A stretch of 64,000 bases of DNA from Eledone cirrhosa (taxonomy: Eukaryota): NCBI GenBank assembly GCA_964016885.1, contig OZ024757.1, positions 17,050,001 to 17,114,000 of the forward strand, given 5' to 3'. Position 1 is the first letter of the stretch. Every line of letters begins with the position of its first letter. Positions 14,466-28,633 of the stretch are shown here, piece after piece. The translations under genes were made by a program, and so were the position numbers. The notes beneath the pieces were generated by a model that worked only from the letters and a program-made list of their open reading frames with translations, had not been told where the DNA came from and made no database searches.

Positions 14466-14639
14466 TGTTTATAGAAATGACTTCTACAGGACGAGTACAG
14501 TTTCAATCGAATAAATACAGTTCTAGCCATGTAGAAGTCATTTCCATAAAGAACAAACATGTCTGTACTCTGTCAACGTGTTGAGTAGCTTTTCTTTTTA
14601 CTGAGGTCACCTCCTGGTACCCATCGGAATCCACACACA

Positions 14640-14689
<50 letters not shown>

Positions 14690-14694
14690 CACAC

Positions 14695-14729
<35 letters not shown>

Positions 14730-14744
14730 CACATATATATACAT

Positions 14745-14781
<37 letters not shown>

Positions 14782-14972
14782 GGCAAAAGGGATACTTAAT
14801 TTGTTGGTAATTCAACATATAATTCAATATATATATATATACAGACACATATATATACATACACACACACATATATACACATACACATATATATATATAG
14901 ACACATATATATACATACACACACACACATATACATACACACATATATATATACATACACACACATATACAT

Positions 14973-15075
<103 letters not shown>

Positions 15076-15117
15076 TATATATATACATACACATACACAC
15101 ACATATATATATATCAG

Positions 15118-15339
15118 ATAGGGTGTGGTAAAAAACCAGGTGGACCATAACCCACCAGAATACTTGATAATTGGGGTAGCTGAGTGGGTAATACAAAAAG
15201 ATTCGAAACGGCCGGACCTCCGCTGTCGAGGCCCTGAATCTTTATATATATATATATATATTACCCACTCTACTACCCTATGTATTGAGTACTTTGGTGC
15301 GTTATGGTCCACCTGGTTCCTTACCACATTTCCTTCGTT
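15118..15339. mobile_element. Family A short element with tails on both ends and an internal TA expansion
   Basis: Inverted tail at 15118-15192, hammerhead 3' half at 15205-15232, (TA)n, then tail to CCTTCGTT. Confidence 0.75.
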
Positions 15340-15862
15340 ATATATATATATATATATATGAGGTTATGTGTTAGTTCACTATGTCTAAATAAACAATAAT
15401 TCTAATCCTTGGTCTTGAATAATGAAATTCACGGAGTATAAAAAATTCGTTGTAACGAAAAATTCTTTATAAGAGATTGACCTAACACATCGTGGGTGTG
15501 CCGGAGATTGAAAACAATTTCGTTATATTGGTATTCGTTATAACGGAATTTACCTGTATATGTGTGTGTATATATATACACACACACACACTTCTGTAAT
15601 AAGAGAAACAACACACACATACACACTTGTAGTAAGAAACCCATACATACAGCTAAGTGAAGCGGCCAAGCTAAAACCTAAAAGCCGTTGCCATTTGTAC
15701 TTGGAAAATGAAACTTGGAAAATATATATATATTAAAATGACAGATTAAAGTTTAAGCAAAGAATCGCTGCTTTCACCCTTAACGGGATCTTCTGAAATA
15801 TATATATATATATTTACATTCTACCTTCTCTTAAATTAATGTTTTAACGTTTTAAATACTCT

Positions 15863-15932
<70 letters not shown>

Positions 15933-16077
15933 GTTTTAAATACAAGAGTAATTTTAAAACGTTCAAACATTAATTTAAGAGAAAGTAGAATGTAAATATA
16001 TATATATATATATTTCAGAAGATCCCGTTAAGGGTGAAAGCAGCGATTCTTTGCTTAAACTTTAATCTGTTATTTTA

Positions 16078-16155
<78 letters not shown>

Positions 16156-16249
16156 TGAGAGCAAATATAATCATTTACTAGGTGTTATTTAGCTCAATGC
16201 AATGAGCATCCTGCAGAACTGTTATATATATATGTCACTGTTATAACTT

Positions 16250-16309
<60 letters not shown>

Positions 16310-16629
16310 AAGTTATAACAGTGACATATATACACAGCTGCTTAAGTTTCGTTGGGTTCTTTATATCAAGGTCGTACTATATATATATATATATGAGTGT
16401 GTGTGTGCATGTATATATCTATATGTATGTGTGTGTGTGTGTGTGCATGTATATATCTATATATCTATATGTATGTGTGTGTGTGTGTGTATCTATCTCT
16501 CTCTCTATATATATATAGTTCTTTTCTATTAGAAGAGTAATGGAGAACCTTTCAAATTAATAGCAAATAGAGAATATATATTTATTTGACAATTTATATT
16601 GACAAAACATTTTGGCAGGACAAATTATG

Positions 16630-16695
<66 letters not shown>

Positions 16696-16774
16696 GCGTG
16701 TATTTCTGTAGAAGATGGAAGTTAATAAAATGTTTTGAAGTTTCTTTGGTTTTTCATTTGAATAATATGTATGC

Positions 16775-16828
<54 letters not shown>

Positions 16829-16865
16829 AATTCGGGATCTAGCTGCTGAAACGGCAGAAGCTCAC

Positions 16866-16909
<44 letters not shown>

Positions 16910-17715
16910 TACACATACATACATACATATATCCATATCCATTTCTTACGAACAGATCTTATCTTAATAATGAAATAATCTATTTTAGTAAATTTCTCAA
17001 AATGAACCCTTTTCAAACCAACTTGTCCAAAACCGTCTCCAGTTTTATGAAACAAAACGACCCATTTTAAAGGGTTTATATTTAAATCAAGACTTTCCAA
17101 CATAATGTTATATGAGAACCTTTTGTTAAGTTATGTTCCAAATAGCATCTTAATAAAGAAAACAGTTTTATGTGAGAACTTTTCGTGTTCCAAATAGCAT
17201 CTTAATAATGACATAAATAATAATTTTAATAATCCCTTTCTAAATACGATCACAAATGCGTTAAGGTGTATGTTAAATGTTCGTAATGTCACAAATGGTG
17301 GTTCCATTTTCCCCGTCAGATTAATGTCTTGTAAAACAGTACCCCCAGGGATTTCCTTTCATTAGTGTAAGTTAGTTGATTAAAGACATCGTTGGGACGA
17401 AAATAATCAATAAGTAATATAATTTGATTTATTAAAAAACAAATGTCAATTCCTAAAATATAAACAGCTTGCTAAAGCTGGTGTTTGGAACATAACTTAA
17501 CTTTGATGGGAGGTTTTTAGATAAATATAAACACTACAACCCTTTTTACCATATTTCTAGTGAAATACACTGCCTGTAATTTTAAAAGCTGCAAGATGAA
17601 ACAACCAAACTGAAACTTCGAAGTCACTGCCATTTTTCTACTTAGAAAATAAACTTCTACACTCTACCCACAAATTGTGACTGCTCATTTAGTTAATGTT
17701 TGAATGTTTTAAATA

Positions 17716-17778
<63 letters not shown>

Positions 17779-18503
17779 GTAAATGTGATTGGTGTTAGGA
17801 AGGGCATCCAGCTGTAAAAACCCTGGCCAAATTTACAGTCCCGTTAGACCAAGGTATGGCTTGGTCAACCCTGGGCAGACTTGTCTCTCGACGCGGACGA
17901 CCCGTCTGACCCATGCAAGCATGGAAAAATAAGACATTAAACGGAGATAGTGATATATATATATATATTTCTCCTATAAGACAGGTCTTATATTATTTTT
18001 TCTTCAGAAAAAAGACACTAAATCTTATTTTCGGAGTAGGGTCTGTATTTTTATACAAAAAATAACAGCACAAGAGTTTTGATAAAAGTATCATTATACT
18101 GACGTCAAATTATATTATAAGAGTTTAAAATATCATCATTAAAAGAATTTATTATATATAAAATAAAGTACCAGTAATGCACTGAGGAAATTGCTGGCCT
18201 TGTGCCAAAAGTAGGCACAATTGTATTAGTAATCAGCAAGACTCTGGGTATCTGAGTTTTATATTATTTTTTTATATTAATTTTTCTGTGCTAGGGCTTA
18301 CATTAGACAGCAACATAAAAAAATCATGCTAGGACTTATTTTTTCTTAGTAGGTCTTATAATAGGAGAAAGACGAGATATGTGAAGACATGATGCAACTT
18401 TTTCATATCTTAATTGATTGAATAAGTTGCTGCAAACATCACACTGATAATCACTTAATCATTTAAATAGATACAACTATATCTGTGTCTTTATGTGAGT
18501 GTA

Positions 18504-18556
<53 letters not shown>

Positions 18557-19240
18557 GTGTGTGTATGTGTGTGTGAATAAGTGCAGATGAAGCAACCAAG
18601 GTGAAACTCCGAACTCACAGGCCAATTTCTATACTTAGAAAATTTATACTCTAATCACCAGTATTGAGTGCTTATTCAGTTTAATGTTTGAGTGTTTGAA
18701 ACACTTTCTAATGTGTGTGTGTATGTGTGCAATATATATATACACACACACATACAAATATATATTATATATATATACATACTAATTTATATTAACAGAG
18801 TTGTCAACCTCTAAAAACCCAAACGGGGAATAACATGAAAAAAAGTGCTCCCAACAACGGAGAAATGAGACAAAATAGGGAAAATTTTACACAATGAAAG
18901 CTATACCTATTTTCACAAGAGGTGGGTGGGAGATCTCCCCGTCAGATGGGAAGAGTTGATAGGTCTGTATTAGGAATGTTTAATATATCACACCCAGGTC
19001 ATATATTTTTGCACTACAATTAGAAAGCAGAAAAATAAATGTTGAAAAAAAAGGCCCAGAAGAAAACTAAAAACCGAGCAAATTTTAAAATGGACGCAAA
19101 TCTGGAGGGATTAAGCATAAATCTTTTTTATATTTTCCGATATTTCTTTAAATAAAGCATTTGGGATACTCAGTATGAAGTGGAATACATATCACAAATG
19201 ATATATATAACTTTTTATACCTCTGTTTGTTGTTTTCTCG

Positions 19241-19274
<34 letters not shown>

Positions 19275-19304
19275 CGAGAAAACAACAAACAGAGGTATAA
19301 AAAG

Positions 19305-19351
<47 letters not shown>

Positions 19352-19467
19352 TATAATTAAAATATCATACACTTAACGCGTATGAAATTTTAATTATACT
19401 AAATAAGGTCTTTTGTAATAAATTGAGCAATGTTTCCCCTGCTAACAAGGGCTATATATATATATAT

Positions 19468-19500
<33 letters not shown>

Positions 19501-19916
19501 CATACATATATATATATATACATACACACATATATAATAATAATTATTATTATATATATATATATATATATACACACACATCAGAATGGATGCGGTAAAA
19601 ACCAGTTAGACCATTACTCAGAGTTCTCGATACTTGGGGTAGTAGAGTGGGTAATATGAAAAAATATGAGTTCGGATCAAGCTGTTGAAACGGCCTGAGC
19701 TGAGCCTTCGGGGTTCTGAGTTTTTTTCACATTCGCAGGTCAAGCAAAAAAGCCCTTTCAAAATATGGCTAAATTTACCACCTTCCCCCAACAATATCAT
19801 AATCCCTTTGGTTTGTCATGTCGTGGGGAGGACCTAATTATAATAATTGACATACTGTAAAAGAACATAAACTCGGAACGAAAATATAATTTTAATCTAA
19901 AGGTTTATATATATAT

Positions 19917-19948
<32 letters not shown>

Positions 19949-19953
<5 letters not shown>

Positions 19954-20175
19954 TGTAATAAACAACATAAGATAATTAATTCATTTACCAGTGGTTTCTT
20001 GAAGACAGATATTTATATGTCTTCAGGCGTCAGAATGAATAACATGTTATTCATGTCTTCAAGAAACCACTGGTAAATTAATTAATTATCTTATGTTGTT
20101 TATTACATAACTAAAAAGCTCTGTAGCCTACATAGAGAACTCTCTTTTCCTTTACCTTTCCTACGGAAATACTCC

Positions 20176-20176
<1 letters not shown>
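19949..20176 (+). mobile_element. Fold-back pLTR-like element with a half hammerhead
   Basis: Arms at about 19949-20008 and 20056-20113. GAAA-CCA(c)TGG-TA forms stem III. Tail has a CTCT...AGAG hairpin. Confidence 0.55.
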
Positions 20177-20226
<50 letters not shown>

Positions 20227-20353
20227 TATATTAATTAATTTTATTATGGCTAAATAGAGAATCTTGTTACTCTGGAGTTAGCCTTATTAAAATGAATATT
20301 TAAACTCTACTTCAGTATTGAGTACTCTTTACTTTCGGTCGTCAACTACATAC

Positions 20354-20434
<81 letters not shown>

Positions 20435-21019
20435 GGACTAGAACTGTCCTTCGAATGAAACAGTTCTAGTCCTGTAGAAGCCATTTCTGTATACTCTATT
20501 AAGTATTGAAGCCATTTGTATATACTCTATTAAGTATTGAGTACCTTACTGTGGTTACTCCCGATTGAACCCGGGTCTCACACACATATATATAGAGAGA
20601 GAGAGAGAGTGAGAGGGGGTGGGGGATATGTGGGTTTGAGAGAGAGAGTGGGGGTAGTGAGAGAAAGATAATATGTACCAATTTAAAATAATAAAACCCC
20701 TTCAAAAATTATTCAGAAGAACGTAATGAGAGGACTTTTTTTAAGAGAAAATATCACACATTGAAAACTGAAGGTTGGTAGTGGTTGATAAGGAGAGAAT
20801 GAGACAGACAGACAACCTGCTTTCATTGCAGCTAAAAATGGCTACCGCTGATATTTGCCGTCGTTTTCACTACAGCTTCAAATATCTGTCTACCAACAGC
20901 AGTGACTCACACACTCGTCTGTGTGTGTGAGTGTGTATATGTATGAACGGGAGTGTGTGTGATATAGATTAAGTTTCTTTGCTATAAAAACTTATTAATC
21001 TCTATTAATTATTTGGTCA

Positions 21020-21082
<63 letters not shown>

Positions 21083-21105
21083 ATATATATGTGTGTGTGT
21101 ATTTG

Positions 21106-21170
<65 letters not shown>

Positions 21171-21209
21171 ATATTAAATAAATGGAAACTATATTTATAA
21201 AAGCATATT

Positions 21210-21271
21210 TATTCTATTATATATATTTCAAGGGTACCAACAATTTTAGTACGCTATCATCAGATAAAATA
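21210..21271 (-). ncRNA. Hammerhead ribozyme, family D
   Basis: Minus strand: TATTTTAT-CTGATGA-tagcGTACTA(loop)TGGTACcctt-GAAA-tatata-TA-ATAGAATA. Confidence 0.75.
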
Positions 21272-21398
21272 GGAAGTGTGTTTTATAAATTTTGACATAA
21301 CCAAGGAGAATATACCTTAACGGTTCAAGTTATCCTTGGATATATATATATGAGTGCGTGTGTGTGTATTTGTGTATATATATATATATTTATATGTG

Positions 21399-21431
<33 letters not shown>

Positions 21432-21721
21432 TTGTTGGACCTCCGTCATTTCCAACGAGTGCTCCAGCTGATTCAGTCAACGAAACTGCCTGATCGTGGT
21501 ATCAACATGTAAGTGGCCAAGCATACCACAGACATGTTCACCTTTATCTTGTATAGAGTCTTTATTGAACTTTGGTCCCTTTGAACCACACATAACCCCG
21601 TCCCAATATGGGAGGTCAGTAGCCTCGTTTCAATCCTGACTCAATTTGTGAAGACGCCCGTTGCTAACTTCAAGAGAGCATATTTAGTATAATTTATGAA
21701 GTTTTGATTATAAACACACAC

Positions 21722-21756
<35 letters not shown>

Positions 21757-22361
21757 TACATACATACATACATACATACATACATACATACATACATACA
21801 TACATACATACATACATACATACATACATACATACATACATACATACATACATACATACATACATACATACATACATACATACATACATACACACACATG
21901 CTTGAATCATTGACGTAGCTTCATGGCTATAATACACATATATCAATATATTTCCCATTTGTTTTGGGAGAGGGAATTATCCTTTCAGAATATGTTAATG
22001 GCAATATATATAACAACCCAATAATTCACAGGACCCAGTACAAGACACCATACACATAACAGGGAAGCCTCTAATACGGTCTCTTAAAATATTCAAGATA
22101 GCAGTTAAATCACCCTCAAATTACATGTTGTATGAATGTTCTAAATATTATGTGGTCATAGCTGGAATGCCTCTCATCTAGGTCAATCCTATGCCAGCCT
22201 AGGGCTAAACAACAAGGAAGCCGCAATCCTGAGCCTCGTTTTAGTATTAAGACAATACACCACACACTAGTGATAATTCTACACACTCATATACAGACAT
22301 TAATAAAGTCACCTTGTTAACAATATTAAACATCAGTCTCTCTCTCTCATTCTCTATCATC

Positions 22362-22443
<82 letters not shown>

Positions 22444-22584
22444 TTAAAGGTTAAACAAGGTTCAATGAATAAATCAAAGAATTAGTTTTACAATAGATTG
22501 GAAGCACTCAACAATTATGGTTTTCCGGAGTTATTAATATTAATTCAAAATATTAACAAAAATAGAACTTCTTGTGATCAAGTA

Positions 22585-22652
22585 TATTTTATTATACATA
22601 TTTCAGAGGTACTGAGCTAACTTCAACAGTACGTCCCTCATCAGATAAAATA
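22585..22652 (-). ncRNA. Hammerhead ribozyme, family D variant
   Basis: Minus strand: TATTTTAT-CTGATGA-gGGAcGTACTG(loop)CAGTACcTCT-GAAA-tatgta-TA-ATAAAATA. Confidence 0.8.
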
Positions 22653-23134
22653 ATATGATGCATGACATACCCTGACATAGTAGATGGTTAAGATCCAGTC
22701 GTGGTAGCGAGTAAGATATGATAAAACTCAATATTTATATACCTTAAGATTGAGACATGAAAAAACTTTCATATAATACAGAGGGATATATATATATATA
22801 TATATACTCCTTATATGTGGATACACATACAGATACATATGTATATATAATGGGCTTCCACAGTTTCCACCTACCAAATTTCTCTCCTAAGGCATTGATA
22901 AGCCTGTGGCTACTGGTTCAAGAATCAATCTGCAGTAGGACTGAACCCTAAACCCACATAGCTGCAAATCTGAATCCTTATTACAACACATCTACAGTGT
23001 TTCAGCAAAGCAAATGCTTGCCAAACCTTAGTGATCACTTGCTTTGCTGAAAATGTAGCTTCCTCCTGTGGACTATTAATATCACGAGACATATTATGTG
23101 TGTGCGTGTTAGTCTATATATATATATGTGTGTG

Positions 23135-23174
<40 letters not shown>

Positions 23175-23188
23175 TTATATATAATTAA

Positions 23189-23378
23189 ATGGCAGTGGAT
23201 TGGCAGTATCGGTGGAGGGTCGGACGCCATGCTTTCCAGCATAGTTACGTCCCTTTACGATCTGAGTTCAAATCCCGCCGAGGTTGACTTTGCCTTTCAT
23301 CCTTACGGGGTCGATAAAATAAAGTACCAGTAATGCACTGAGTAATTGGTGGCCTTGTGCCTAAAGTAGAAACAATTA
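23189..23378 (+). mobile_element. Full-length tRNA-derived SINE, the main family in the window
   Basis: A box TGGCAGTATCGG, B box GAGTTCAAATCC, central GCCTTTCATCCTTACGGGGTCGATAAAATAAAGTACCAG and a 3' end GTAGAAACAATTAT. Confidence 0.85.
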
Positions 23379-23533
23379 TATATAATTAAGACTGTTTTCC
23401 AAAGAATGGTAGGGAAGCACAGTCAAATAAAATACATATTTATTTAATATAGAAATGACTTCTAGAGGACTAGAACTGTTTCATTTGATTATCAACAAAA
23501 TAGTTTGTGATGTAGAAGTAATTTTTATAGGAA

Positions 23534-23565
<32 letters not shown>

Positions 23566-23833
23566 CATATATATATGTGTGTGTGTGAGTGTGTTTTAAA
23601 CTATAAATATAGTCTGCAGTTCAAGAACCAAATTGACCACAAATCAGAGTAGTACCTAATGCAGAGTGGGTTTATAAATAAGGTCGAAACTAAACTATGA
23701 ACTTGAGCAATTTTATATTTATATGTGTGTGTATGTGTATATATATATATATATATATACGTTTATATATATATATATGTAAATATATGTGTGTGTGTAT
23801 ATATATATACGTTTATATATATATGTAAATATA

Positions 23834-23895
<62 letters not shown>

Positions 23896-24362
23896 GCGTG
23901 TGTGTGTGTGTGTGTGTGTAAATACATATATATGTGTATATGTTTATACAATATATATATACAATATATATATATATATTTGATATGTATGTTAGGGATG
24001 ACCAATGTGAAAATGTATTTCTAAAATATAAAATCACAACAAACTAAAACAAACTCATTCTTTCACACTATTGTATTGCATTTATAAGATTTATTTTTCT
24101 TCAGATTTGGCAAAGAGTAAAAAATTGAAGATAAAACAAAATGGCCGTGGAAAAGCAGTAGTGGTGGTGGGAGGTAGTGTTTGTTGGTAATGACTGAACC
24201 AACAGCAATGATGGTGGTGACAGTAGCAGTCAATATGTAACACACACACGCACACATACACACACACACATATATATACTGCTGAGTGCTTGAAACACTA
24301 AGCTTTGCATTACTGTTTATCTCTCCCTCTCTCACAAACATCTGTCATGGTCTCTCTCTCTG

Positions 24363-24393
<31 letters not shown>

Positions 24394-24482
24394 ATATATA
24401 TATATTACACACACATACTTATCACTCTAGTTGATGCCTCTTTCTTCCATTGTTGTCAATATATATATATACACACATATAC

Positions 24483-24582
<100 letters not shown>

Positions 24583-24935
24583 TGTCTTTGTATTTATTAT
24601 TACTATATATATATATATATATATATATTGATAACAATGAGAGAGAAGGAACAACTAGAGTGACAAAGAAGTGATGGCGTGGTTCAGGACAATAACTGCA
24701 ATGAAGTTAGAAACAAAGTCACATTAATTCAATGGCAATTACGTCATTTGCTTAACCAGTCTAGAACAGATATATCTACAAAGATCTTCCAGCAGTGACC
24801 ATCCTGTCTTTCTTATATGTACAGTGGGTCCTTTTTTTTTATATTGTTAAAAAAAAAGAAAAAAAGCAGGTGCAGCAGCACTAACCCCTTTTCATGACCT
24901 CCATGTTTAGTCAGAACTTATGGCATAACCATGAA

Positions 24936-25136
24936 GCCGCCTGGCCTAGTGGTGTGTTGGACTTATGATCATAATGTTGTAGGTTTGAGTGCTGGACTGG
25001 GTTGTGTGTTGTGTTCTTCAGCAAAACACTTCATTTCATATTGCCCCAGTATACTCTGCTGAAAATGAATAACAGCAGTAGCTGGGGATTTAACCTTGCA
25101 ATGGACTGGTGTCCTGTCCGGGGGGGGGGGGGGGGT

Positions 25137-25178
<42 letters not shown>

Positions 25179-25260
25179 ATTGTCCTCTGTTATTTAACGC
25201 CATGGATACTGGGATAAGGACGAACCTGACGAGCCTCCAGGTTCGAGACAGACTTTAGAC
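24936..25260 (+). mobile_element. Diverged tRNA-derived SINE of a second family (CORE-like) with an internal poly(G) tract
   Basis: TGGCCTAGTGG, GGTTTGAGT, GTGTTCTTCAGCAAAACACTT, and a G run at about 25119-25177. Confidence 0.55.
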
Positions 25261-25382
25261 CTTTTAGGCTTTATGTTGTAACCAGAGTGTCGCAACCCTC
25301 CACTGCTTAAATATATATACCATAGTCCAAGTTAATTGAAACTAAGTGTCCTTCAATTGTGAGTAGTACCCCCCACAATATA

Positions 25383-25757
25383 TACAGGGTGGGCCAAGAG
25401 CCACCTATTTAAAAACATTCATAATTTTTTTTTTTTTTCAGTTTAAAGTTGAATAAAAAACAGGATCGAATTATGGAAAATACATCCTCCAAGTAAAATT
25501 AGTTTTAAGTTAATTTGTAAAGTTTTATTAATAAAAATAGGTAAGAAGTGACTTTTGGCCCACCCTGAATATACAAGGCTAGGCTGAAAAGTTTATATGT
25601 TGACAATGAAGGAGTGATGCTAGAGCAATGAAATCTTGCATGCATTAATTTCAACTGCATTGTTTCTTTCCAGGGACTATGTTGAAAAATAAACCTCATT
25701 TGGTCATTCCATGAGAGTATCTTGGTCAGCCTATGAACTTTTCGGCTGACCCTCATA
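25383..25757. mobile_element. Two adjacent Tc1/mariner-type MITEs (25385-25567 and about 25575-25755)
   Basis: TA-CAGGGTGGGCCAA...TTGGCCCACCCTG, and GGCTGAAAAGTT...AACTTTTCGGCTGACCCTCATA. Confidence 0.7.
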
Positions 25758-25759
25758 TG

Positions 25760-26535
25760 TTCTTAAAGACCAGCTTAATAATGAGAAATTAAAATATAAC
25801 AAATATCTCCAAATTCTTGATTTTCAAAATGATTTCAAAGTCATAAGCAGTGTTTTTTTTTTAGAAATATGGCAATGAAAGGGTTAAAATGTTGATATTG
25901 ATCTCAAACCTTTCTATCATACTTTTAGTTATGTTCCAAACACCAATTTAATAAGAAAGCCATGGTATATTACTAAATTCTTCCAAATTCTGGAGTTTCA
26001 AAATAAATTGAAAATTTTTAAGTAGTATCATTCATTAGAAATATAACAAAATATAACAATTTTAATGAGAAGTTAGCTATATTACTAAAATCCTCCAAAT
26101 TCTTGATTATTTTCAAAATTAATTTTAAATGATATGCAATATCTTTCATTAGAAATATGGTAATGGGTGGGTTAAAAAAGATTTATATTTATATTTCATG
26201 AATTTTATGTAAGAACTTTTATCAAGTTATGCTCCAAACACCTACTTAATAATGAGAAAGTTAGCTATATTCCTTCAAATTCTTGATTATTTTCAAAATT
26301 AATTTTAAATGATATTTATATATCTTTCATTAGAAATATGGTAATGAGTGGGTTAAGAAAATGTTATTATATTTTATATAAGGATCTTTATTTATTAGGT
26401 TATGCTCTAAACACCTACTTAATAATGAGAAATCTATATTACTAAACTCCTCAAAATTCTTGATAATTTTCTAAATTAATTTAAAATGATATGCAATATC
26501 TTCCATTAAAAATATGGTCACAAATTGGTTAAGTT
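25760..26535. repeat. Diverged tandem units of about 180 bp from an AT-rich piggyBac-MITE-like repeat
   Basis: Recurring TTCTTGATTATTTTCAAAATTAATT...ATTAGAAATATGGTAATG.GTGGGTTAA. Confidence 0.6.
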
Positions 26536-28440
26536 TATCATTCTGGTGTAGACCAGAGGGCAATTACTATCATTAAAATTAAAATGTGGTTAGGGGAAAG
26601 AACTCAAATGAGCCAATGACATTGATTTAGATAATTAAATTAACTCTTTAGATACCAAACTCCCTTAAACAGCCTCTGGACCTCTTATACTAAGCTGTGT
26701 ATATTTATCTAAAACATCTTCCATCATAATTTTACACAAAGAACCTTTGTCAATCTTTTTACCACCATATTTCTAATGAAAGACACTGCCTAAAATTTTC
26801 AAATAATTTTTTAAATAATCGAGAATTTTGAGAGATTTAAATCTATAACTAAATTTCTCGTTATTAACCTGGGGGTTCTTAGACTTATATAAACATACAC
26901 ACAATGCATTTACTATCTGTCACATTACTACAATAAGGTGGTAAATTGGCAGAGCCATTAGAACATTGGATAGAGTGCTTTGCAGTATTCGGTCCAGCCC
27001 TCTGCTCTCCAAGTTCAAATGTCGCCTTTCATCCTTTCAAAGTCGATAAAAAGTACCAGTCTAGTACTGAGGTTGATTCTTCGTCTATACCTCTTTCTCA
27101 CTTCCACTCTCTCACCTTTTCTGGCAGAAATTTGCTGTACTTAGGCCTGGAGAAGGTTGGGCTCCGCCAGGCTTATAAATGCCCGCGAAATGCCTTATGC
27201 TAATATAGCGCCCTCTACGACTCCATCAGAAATTACGGAGCCATACCATACATATGGCTACAATAAGTTCACTTTTTAATCATTAGGTCCTAGGTTCTGA
27301 AACTATATTTGTTCCTGTAAATAGATATTTCCTGGCATCGAAGATGCTACTTTTTTCCTAAATTAAGTCTTAAGTCTCAAAATTCTACCATGAGTCCTGG
27401 AGGCTGAAGGTTGTTTATTATTATTTTTTCAAATTTTTGGTTGTCAAAATTAGGATGCGTCCTCAAGGACAAAGCGTCTTAGGCACCAGGGAAATACAGT
27501 ATTTCTCAAAAAGTTACTCATACACATTAACATAATTATTAACACCACACCCGCTACAACTACTACTACTACCATCAGCACCACCACACACCATCACTAC
27601 TACCACCACACCATCACTACTACCACCACAACATCACTACCACCTCCATACTAATATCACCACACCCACCAGAGTTACTATCACCACCACTACCTCAACA
27701 ATACCATCACCATTACACTAAGACTATACCATCACCATTACAACGTTTGATAATGCTTGACTTGGAGCTAAACAAGTTGGAGTAAGATGGGATGGTCACC
27801 ATTGGAATGGCCCTGATAATACTTAACCTAGGGATAAAAGACAACAATCTATTCGTAAACAAACCAAAACCAGAGCCTCTATATGGACACTATAAATGCT
27901 ATTTATAGCAGTCAAATCTTCCCCAAACTGAACAGTGTCAAGGACAGATTGGGCTAGTGTGGAAAATGGCCGATAAACGATGATGATGATGTTGATGATG
28001 TGTTACAACAACCTACTTTATTATTCCCTGTCCTTTCAACACACTACCTATGTTGTCACCTTACCCACCCGCATACTACACCACCACACCACTTCTACCA
28101 CTACTACTATCTCACCTGTACAACTACTAATCAAGTTACACAGGTCACACACACACAGACATGTGTCACTCAGTGTATGTATGTGGGTTGGAATAGGTAC
28201 ACCATATCCCTGCTTGCTTGTCTACATGGTGAATCCATGTCATAAGAAATGGTTAAAAGGATTTGTGTCATGAAGGGCATCTGTCTGTAAAACAAGAAGT
28301 CCTGACCAACCCATGCCAACATGTAAAAGCAGACATAAAAACAATAATGATGATGAGGATTATATATATATATGTGTATATATATGAATGTATAGTGTAT
28401 TTGGTAATATACTGTATGTTTAATTTAAAAATAATATAAA

Positions 28441-28633
28441 ATAATTGTTTCTATTTTAGGCACAAGGCCAGCAATTACCCAGTACATTACTGGTACTTTA
28501 TTTTATCGACCCCCGTAAGGATGAAAGGCAAAGTTAACCTAGGTGGGATTTGAACTCAGATTATAAAGGGGCGTAACTCTATGCTTCAAAGCATGGTGTC
28601 CGACTCTCTACCGATACTGCTAATCCACCGCCC
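28441..28633 (-). mobile_element. Full-length tRNA-derived SINE
   Basis: Reverse complement of the 23189-23378 family. Confidence 0.85.

Noticed and set aside
23189-23290. tRNA gene
   Set aside because: A and B boxes are present, but there is no cloverleaf and the sequence continues into a multi-copy SINE body.
27110-27300. Minus-strand exon ending AAG|GTGAGA, with a CTCF-like AGCGCCCTCTAC
   Set aside because: Stop codons interrupt the frames I checked, and the motif match is only partial.
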